From contig JAJYMZ010000160.1 in NCBI GenBank assembly GCA_021786615.1, positions 1 through 38,640 of the forward strand: DNA of 38,640 bases, in the 5' to 3' direction. Within the stretch, counting starts at the first letter, position 1; each line of letters begins with the position of its first letter. This document shows positions 7,741 through 13,878 of the stretch, in pieces. The notes below the pieces were generated by a model. It did not search any database and had not been told where the DNA came from. It saw nothing but the letters and a program-made list of their open reading frames with translations. The position numbers and the translations under genes are program-made. The DNA comes from Acidobacteriota bacterium (GTDB lineage: Bacteria > Acidobacteriota > Holophagae > Holophagales > Holophagaceae).

Positions 7741-9137
7741 CAGGTGCTCTGAGCTTGAATTTCGTGGAAGGCCTCGGGCAACGTGATCATTGCCCGTGTC
7801 CCCATACCTTCCTGGCTCTGGATCTCGAAGGTTCCGCCATGCAGCCGCACGATGCTCTGCACGATGGCCAGGCCCAGCCCCGCTCCACCTCTTTGCTGGC
7901 CTCGGGAGGGATCTCCGCGTAAAAAACGTTGGCCCAGCCGAGTGAGAATGCTGGAAGGAATGCCTTCGCCTTGATCTTCCACTTCAAGGATGCGATTCCC
8001 GGATTGCGCTGAAGCCCGCAGGATCACACGGCCTCCCGGCCTTGAATGCCGGATCGCGTTGGCCAGGAGATTGTGCAACGCCCGGCGAAGCAGGATTGGG
8101 TCTCCGGTCAATTCCTGATCGCCTGAAACATCAATCGCGATGGTGACCTGGCTCTCTTCCGCGATAGATTCGAAAGGCGCCGCGGCGCCCTGCAGCAGTG
8201 CCTCGGCATTCAGGGTAGCCCGCTCGATTTTCGTAGCGGGATCCTCCGCCCTTGCGAGGAATAGCATCTGCTCGATGAGCGCGGCCATGTGATCCAGCGT
8301 CTCTATCATTCCCGAGAGCGATTCGCCCGTTTCCAGGGAATGTTCCCCCCTGGAAAGCATTCCTTCCACTTCCAGGCGAAGGGAGTGGACCGGCGTCCTC
8401 AGGTCATGGGCCATGTCGCTGTTCATCTCACCCAGGCGCGTGAAAGCTATTTCCAGCCTGCCCAGCGTGTCGTTTAAAGCGAGGGCGATGGGTTCCAGTT
8501 CCCTTGGAAATTCAGTGGGGTCGAGCCGGGTCTTAAGCGTTTCTGGCCGTATGTTCCCCGCGCGCTGGGCCAATTGTTTCAAGGGCCCAAGCGCATGGTG
8601 CATGAACCAATAGCCGATCACCGCGGCCAAGAGCGGAATGAGACCCAAAACCCTAAACAAGGAAGCCCTGAATTTCCGCAGCAGCGCGTCTTCTATGTCG
8701 TGATTGCGGGCGATCTGGATCCAGCCATCGCGGTACTCCACGGAAAGCAGCGTGAGGCTGTGGCCCAGCTCCTTTCGGCCATCCATGAAGGTCCAGGGGC
8801 GTTCCGGAATTGGATAGATGGCCATCGGCACGAGCTGGTCCATCCCCTTTGATTCAAGCAGGACTTTTTTCCTGGAATCCGTCAGCCGGACCTGGAGGTG
8901 CTCGCCAACGTCCAGGATTTCCTTGTCCAAAGGCAGCTGGTCTTCGTGCAAGCGGTGCAGAAGAACCTTGGCGGTGTTCACCAGATCCTTGGCTACCGTG
9001 ACCGTGATCGCATGGTGGAAAGATGAGTAGAGGTAGATGCCGGTGGCGGCCGCCATGAGCGAAATCCCCAGGCCAGCCGATACCGTGAGACGGAGCAGGA
9101 TGGAACGCCGGACTTTATCAAGCATTGGGGGCTTCAA
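7740..9137 (-). CDS. CusS/CopS-like (heavy-metal type) sensor histidine kinase
   Basis: Two TM segments flank a periplasmic domain, followed by HAMP. The FTRLGEMNSDMAHDLRTPV H-box resembles CusS FTRQSNFSADIAHEIRTP. N-box LLANAIRH and G-boxes DQGEGI and GGAGLGLAIV are present. An alternative ATG at 9125 gives an 8-nt overlap with the regulator stop. Confidence 0.88.
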   Translation of the reverse strand: MKPPMLDKVRRSILLRLTVSAGLGISLMAAATGIYLYSSFHHAITVTVAKDLVNTAKVLLHRLHEDQLPLDKEILDVGEHLQVRLTDSRKKVLLESKGMDQLVPMAIYPIPERPWTFMDGRKELGHSLTLLSVEYRDGWIQIARNHDIEDALLRKFRASLFRVLGLIPLLAAVIGYWFMHHALGPLKQLAQRAGNIRPETLKTRLDPTEFPRELEPIALALNDTLGRLEIAFTRLGEMNSDMAHDLRTPVHSLRLEVEGMLSRGEHSLETGESLSGMIETLDHMAALIEQMLFLARAEDPATKIERATLNAEALLQGAAAPFESIAEESQVTIAIDVSGDQELTGDPILLRRALHNLLANAIRHSRPGGRVILRASAQSGNRILEVEDQGEGIPSSILTRLGQRFLRGDPSRGQQRGGAGLGLAIVQSIVRLHGGTFEIQSQEGMGTRAMITLPEAFHEIQAQST

Positions 9138-9795
9138 GCACGTACCCTACGCCACGCTGGGTGCGGATGAGTTTCTCAGGGAAGGGATCATCCACTTTTT
9201 TCCGCAGGCGCCGGACCGCCGCGTCCACAAGATTGGGATCGCCGTCAAAAGCCATGTCCCACAGCTCTTCGGCTATGCGGGCACGAGTGACGATATGTCC
9301 TTTGTTCCGTGCCAGGATTTCAAGCAAGGTGTATTCCTGGGCGCTCAGGACCAGATGCGTTCCTCTGCGAAAAACCTTTCTTTGCGCGGGCACCAAGGTC
9401 AGGTCCCCGATGGCCCAGGTTCGCGGTGCCGCTTCGGGCCCACGGCCAAGCAGGTTGTGGATTCGCAGGAGCAATTCAGAGAAGGAGAAGGGTTTGACGA
9501 GATAGTCGCCGCCCCCCAGTTCAAGCCCGCGGATGCGGTCCGGGAGCGCGTCCCGGGCGGTCAGGAAAATCACTGGCGTCAGGATTCCGGCGGCGCGCAA
9601 TTCCGTCAGCACCGTAAAGCCGTCCATTTTTGGCAACATGACATCCAGCACCAGGCAATCAAACTCGATGGCCTTGGCAAGGGACAATCCCAGCTCCCCA
9701 TCCAGGGCCAATTCCACGCTGAACCCATGTTCATTGAAGGCCCGCTCCAAGGCCTTGGTGGCCCTGGGATCATCCTCGACGATCAGTAGTTTCAT
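9118..9795 (-). CDS. OmpR/CusR-family response regulator
   Basis: Starts MKLLIVEDDP. Has ...LDVMLPKMDG...YLVKPFSFSELLLRI plus a winged-helix C-terminus (LTLVPAQRKVFRRG...IRTQRGVGYVL). I trimmed the 26-aa N-terminal extension of the ORF track (9873). Confidence 0.9.
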   Translation of the reverse strand: MKLLIVEDDPRATKALERAFNEHGFSVELALDGELGLSLAKAIEFDCLVLDVMLPKMDGFTVLTELRAAGILTPVIFLTARDALPDRIRGLELGGGDYLVKPFSFSELLLRIHNLLGRGPEAAPRTWAIGDLTLVPAQRKVFRRGTHLVLSAQEYTLLEILARNKGHIVTRARIAEELWDMAFDGDPNLVDAAVRRLRKKVDDPFPEKLIRTQRGVGYVLEAPNA

Positions 9796-10116
9796 CCCCA
9801 GCGCCCATCCATGAAAGTCATAGCTCTTGCGTAGATGAATTGTGATTGAAGTCCGGGCCTCACGTCTAACCATTCAGCCAACGCCCGGTACACCGAAAGA
9901 AATTGTGGGCGAGCGTTAAGGACTTGCATTCAGCGTCCACGGTGGACGTGCTGACGAATGGGGACCACAAAACCGCCGAGCTGCTCACAGACAGTTGCCT
10001 GAAATGCCACTGCTGCCATCGTCATCCTGCCAAAAGGGCAGGGGCTGGCTCATGGCCTTTTCCTCCGCCAATCCGCCCACCAGCAGAATCAGGATGGCGC
10101 TCTCGTGGTTCAGCCG

Positions 10117-11499
10117 CTATTTCCCATAGCGCTTCTGGTAGAAACTTTCGATCTTGGCGCGGTCTTCTTTCGAGAGGCCTTGCAGCCATTTGTGGTCGTC
10201 CATGGCCTTCACCTCGGCGGTGACGCCCGGCAGCAATTCTTCAGCCTGGGGCAGGAATTCGGTGTAGAAGTTCTTGGCCACTTCATAGAAGCCATGCCAT
10301 TGGGTGTAGTCGGGGCCCATCATGGCCGCGCCCATGCGCGCGCGGCGGCCTTCGTGGTGCCACAGCTCGAAGTAGGTCCATTCAAACTTCTCGTCGAAGG
10401 GGGTGGGGGTGAGCTTCCCCGCATCGCGGAGCTTCTTCATGATGGCCTTGGCGGGAATGGCGAACTTGTCGTTGTACAGGTTCACGGCCGCGTCGTATTG
10501 CGTGTAGTGGCCCTGGACCCAATCCGAACCGTGGCAGTTGGCGCAGACTTTCTGCATATCCGCGCGGCGGGCTTCCCAGTGGTCCAGCTTTAGCGAAACT
10601 TCCGGGCGCAGCGTCCAGCTGATGCGGGCGCCCACGTCGTGGGTGAGGGGCAGTTCCGGGGTCGCGCTCATGTGGCAGGTGGCGCAGGTTGGCGCAGCGC
10701 TGTAGTCCTTGCCGAGCACCCAGCTCTTGGAATCCAGGTTCATCTCGCCGATCTTGGCCCGGTACGCGATGCCGTGCTTGCTTTCGGCGTAGATCTCGGC
10801 TTGGGGATGATCGGGGCCGAGATGGCATTTGCCGCAGTTTTCGGGTTGGCGCGCCACCGAAGCTGAGAAGGCGTGGCGGCTATGGCAGGCAGAACAGCTG
10901 CCGCGGGAACCATCGGGATTGATGCGGCCGATGCCGGTGTTGGGCCAGGTCGCCGCATCAAGTTTCCCCGGTCCCACCACTTTCACCACACCGCCGTGGC
11001 ATTGCTTGCAGCCGCTGTTTCCGGCGGGGATGCCTTCCACCACGTCCCCCAGCACGTTGTCCAGGGAGCCGAGAATCTGGCCTGCCTTGGCGTGGTGGCT
11101 CGCTTCGAATTCCTTCGTCTCCTTGGCGTGGCAGCGGCCGCAATCCCTGGGGGAGACCAGGACCGTGATGGAGAAACCATTGTGGTCGAAAGCGGTGGCC
11201 GAGGCCTTGTCCGCGTGGTGGCACTCAAAGCAGCCCACGCCAGCGGTGGCGTGACGGCTGCCGGCCCATTGTTTGGTTGCGGCGGGCGTCGCCGATTCCC
11301 GGTGGCATTCCAGGCAGGCCAGCGATTCCTTCGAAAGTGGGACGTTTTTAACGGGCGACTGGGAAGCCGCTATGACTTTCGGCTTCGCCGCGGCTTTCTG
11401 GGGTGAAGGCGCTGGTGGTGCCGCGGCATTCATCCCAACTGTCAGGGCCGCCATCGCAACCGTATTGAGAAGGAAGTGGATTTTGCAAAGCCGCCGCAT
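10117..11499 (-). CDS. hydroxylamine-oxidoreductase (HAO)-family octahaem cytochrome c
   Basis: Eight CXXCH motifs: CLECH, CFECH, CGRCH, CKQCH, CSACH, CGKCH, CATCH, CANCH. HAO-type block CGKCHLGPDHPQAEIYAESKHG and C-terminal GPDYTQWHG are present. Has a signal peptide and an AGGAGG Shine-Dalgarno. Confidence 0.82.
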   Translation of the reverse strand: MRRLCKIHFLLNTVAMAALTVGMNAAAPPAPSPQKAAAKPKVIAASQSPVKNVPLSKESLACLECHRESATPAATKQWAGSRHATAGVGCFECHHADKASATAFDHNGFSITVLVSPRDCGRCHAKETKEFEASHHAKAGQILGSLDNVLGDVVEGIPAGNSGCKQCHGGVVKVVGPGKLDAATWPNTGIGRINPDGSRGSCSACHSRHAFSASVARQPENCGKCHLGPDHPQAEIYAESKHGIAYRAKIGEMNLDSKSWVLGKDYSAAPTCATCHMSATPELPLTHDVGARISWTLRPEVSLKLDHWEARRADMQKVCANCHGSDWVQGHYTQYDAAVNLYNDKFAIPAKAIMKKLRDAGKLTPTPFDEKFEWTYFELWHHEGRRARMGAAMMGPDYTQWHGFYEVAKNFYTEFLPQAEELLPGVTAEVKAMDDHKWLQGLSKEDRAKIESFYQKRYGK

Positions 11500-11665
11500 G
11501 AGGCCTCCTGGCTGGGAAAGAAGAGCAGAAATAGATATTGGACCAATCGGTCCTAATTATCAATGCGGCGCTCTGGATTTTTTTCAAGGTGGCCTGACTT
11601 TTGGTAACCCGTTGCATTGGCCTCCCCAGTGGAGCCATTCTCAACACTTGAACTGGGAGCTCGCC

Positions 11666-12880
11666 ATGGCGCTGACGGTGGACGGAATCTTTTCTTCCAT
11701 GCCCGAACTGTTCCTGCCTGAAAAGGCTATCGGAGTGAACGCCTCGGTAGCCTACAAGGTCACGGGCGATGGTGGAGGGGATTACACCTGCGTCATCGCC
11801 GATGGCGCTTTCACCCTTCTCAAGGAATTCAAAGCTGATGCATCCTCTACGGTGCAGATTGCGGCGGAAGATTGGATCGCATTGAATGAAGGCAAGCTCG
11901 ACGCCATGCAGGCCTTCATGAGCGGCAAGCTCAAGGGCGCGGGCGACCTGATGCTCCTGCAAAAATTTCCCAAGTTCTTCAAAAAGCCGGAAGCCAAGAA
12001 AGGGCCTCAGACGCCCCTCAAGGAGCTGGCCATCGCCCGCTTGAAGATTTTGGAACAGCCCCTCTCCATAGTGGTCGGCTCTGAGACCTTCGGTGAAGGC
12101 GATGAAGTGAAGGGCGGCGAAGCCTATGTGCGAGGCCTGCTCACAGGTCTTCAGGACCCTGGCCCCGCCTTGCTCTCAGGACAGATCCATTTCAGCGGCG
12201 ACATGGCCAGGCTCAGGGCCGCGTGGAAAACCTGGTCCCGGAATCCGGAAATCGTGTTTCCTGCCACGCCCGGAGGCAAAGCCCTGGCTACCCTCTCGAA
12301 ACGATACAAGGGCGGCGCCAGCGGCACCCTGGAGTTGAAGATGGACGGCGCGCCCTACACCTTGAGTTTCACGCCGGACAATCTGTCCGTGCGGCCTGGC
12401 GAATGCGATGGCGTGCACACGGTGAGCCTCACCGATGGTGATTTCGCGGCTCTCAACGTCGGCAAGCTGAACCTGGTGGGGGCGCTTCTCAGTGGCCAGG
12501 CTTCCTTCAAGGGCGACTTCACGCAAGTTGCGGCCTATACGGGGCTCTTCGAGGCAGCGGTGAATCCAGCCCAGGCGATCCTTGAATCCATGCCGGACAG
12601 ATTTGATCGGGAAAAGGCTGGTGCTCTGGAAGCAGTGGTGGGCTACAAGCTTGAGGATCTGGAATACACCCTGATCATTCACGAAGGGCATTGCGCCGTG
12701 GCCCCCCGGCTCCTGAGCCCCGCGGACACCACCCTCACCGCCACCCCCGATGACTTCACCGCCATGAGCACGGGCCAACTCAAAGCGCAGGAGGCATTCA
12801 TGAGCGGAAAGATCAAGATCGAAGGCGACCCGCTGCTCATGCAAAAGGTGGCCAAGAGTTTCAAAAGGGTGGAGGGCTAG
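11666..12880 (+). CDS. cytoplasmic protein made of four tandem SCP2 (sterol-carrier-like) modules
   Basis: Start moved to ATG 11666, because the 5' part of the 11273 ORF overlaps the HAO-like gene. The SCP2 signature recurs: ...DWIALNEGKLDAMQAFMSGKLKGAGDLMLLQKF; ...ALLSGQIHFSGDMARL; ...DFAALNVGKLNLVGALLSGQASFKGDFTQV; ...DFTAMSTGQLKAQEAFMSGKIKIEGDPLLMQKV. Confidence 0.7.
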   Translation: MALTVDGIFSSMPELFLPEKAIGVNASVAYKVTGDGGGDYTCVIADGAFTLLKEFKADASSTVQIAAEDWIALNEGKLDAMQAFMSGKLKGAGDLMLLQKFPKFFKKPEAKKGPQTPLKELAIARLKILEQPLSIVVGSETFGEGDEVKGGEAYVRGLLTGLQDPGPALLSGQIHFSGDMARLRAAWKTWSRNPEIVFPATPGGKALATLSKRYKGGASGTLELKMDGAPYTLSFTPDNLSVRPGECDGVHTVSLTDGDFAALNVGKLNLVGALLSGQASFKGDFTQVAAYTGLFEAAVNPAQAILESMPDRFDREKAGALEAVVGYKLEDLEYTLIIHEGHCAVAPRLLSPADTTLTATPDDFTAMSTGQLKAQEAFMSGKIKIEGDPLLMQKVAKSFKRVEG

Positions 12881-12935
12881 TCAGCCGCGCGTTTCTCTTG
12901 ACCTCCTAGTAGTGATCTGTGACTTGCCCGGGTAA

Positions 12936-12966
12936 GCCCCGGCAGCCATTGCCGGGGGCTTTTCCA
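12936..12966 (+). terminator. intrinsic terminator after the SCP2 gene
   Basis: GCCCCGGCA / loop GCCAT / TGCCGGGGGC (one bulged G), followed by TTTTCC. Confidence 0.7.
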
Positions 12967-13128
12967 CAGCCCTTGTGGGAATCTCCACCGTTACCCGCCC
13001 AAAGTTTTCTGTTCACAAGGTCTTTACGGATTGCTGCATTTTGAGTGCAGTGGATTCGGCCGGCAGCGCGCCTCCTTGCAGCCATGGCGCAAGTCGTTTG
13101 AATTCAGGCGCCGAAGCAGGCCAAGCTG

Positions 13129-13872
13129 GTGAACATCAACAGGACGAAATTGAGCGATCACATTCCCAACCTTCCGGACACATGGCCCTTCCAGCCTCGC
13201 ATGGCGTTGTGCCCCTGGATACGCACGGAGGCCATCAGCTTGGGGGATTTGGGGGCGAACTGGACTCGCATGGGCCCTTCAGATCTGGATCTTTCACTGG
13301 ACCCCGCCAGCCTGGGCGAAGCCTTTGGGCGGGGGGGGGTTCATCGGCGGGGCGATGTGGTGCTGCGGCCCTACCGCAGGGGGGGGGCCATCCGTCACGT
13401 GAACGAACGGATCTACCTGAACAGCGATCGCTTCCAGGCGGAAGGCGACCTCCACCGCGCACTATGGGAAAGTGGATTTCCCACGGTGGAACCTTTGGGC
13501 TTCGCCTTTCGTCCCAGGTCCTGGGGCGTGGAAGGCATTTATTTCACGCGCCATGTGAAGGCACTGCCCTGGGCCCGCGCCTTCAATCGAACCGGCGAAC
13601 TTCTGCCTCAGCTCAAGACGCTGCTGGAAGCGCTTTCCGAGTGGGGCCTCCACGCGCCGGATCTCAATGCCACCAACTTCATCATTGATGAAAGCGGTTC
13701 TCTGTTGGCCCTGGACTGGGACCGGGGGACCTGGATCGAGCCCGGCAAGGATCTTCATGAACTGTACCTGCGGCGCCTGGATCGAAGCCTTTTCCGCCTG
13801 AACGCGCCCATGGGGATCCGCGCCATGATCCGGAACTTGGGCTGCCAACAATCCACAAGATCGCTACTCTAG
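13129..13872 (+). CDS. Kdo kinase (KdkA) / lipopolysaccharide-kinase-family protein
   Basis: Glycine loops GRGGV and LRPYRRGG, a catalytic-loop-like LHAPDLNATNFII, and LLALDWDRG. GTG start at 13129; an in-frame ATG at 13201 is an equally plausible start. Confidence 0.6.
   Translation: MNINRTKLSDHIPNLPDTWPFQPRMALCPWIRTEAISLGDLGANWTRMGPSDLDLSLDPASLGEAFGRGGVHRRGDVVLRPYRRGGAIRHVNERIYLNSDRFQAEGDLHRALWESGFPTVEPLGFAFRPRSWGVEGIYFTRHVKALPWARAFNRTGELLPQLKTLLEALSEWGLHAPDLNATNFIIDESGSLLALDWDRGTWIEPGKDLHELYLRRLDRSLFRLNAPMGIRAMIRNLGCQQSTRSLL
13331..13387 (+). repeat. two G9 homopolymer tracts 48 nt apart inside the kinase gene
   Basis: Nine consecutive G at 13331-13339 and nine at 13379-13387, with GGG (13327-13329) and GGGG (13349-13352) between or near them. 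Confidence 0.95.
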
Positions 13873-13878
13873 GATTCA

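Noticed and set aside
11273-11665. 5' extension of the SCP2 ORF (the 535-aa version).
   Set aside because: It overlaps the start of the HAO-like gene on the opposite strand and the shared promoter region. The first SCP2 module and a GGGAG Shine-Dalgarno begin at ATG 11666.
12975-13688. 237-aa ORF overlapping the kinase-like gene in another frame.
   Set aside because: It has no motifs and a Gly/Arg/Pro/Ser-rich translation. The 13129 frame carries the kinase signatures. It is worth noting only as the frame a +1 slip at the G9 tracts would enter.
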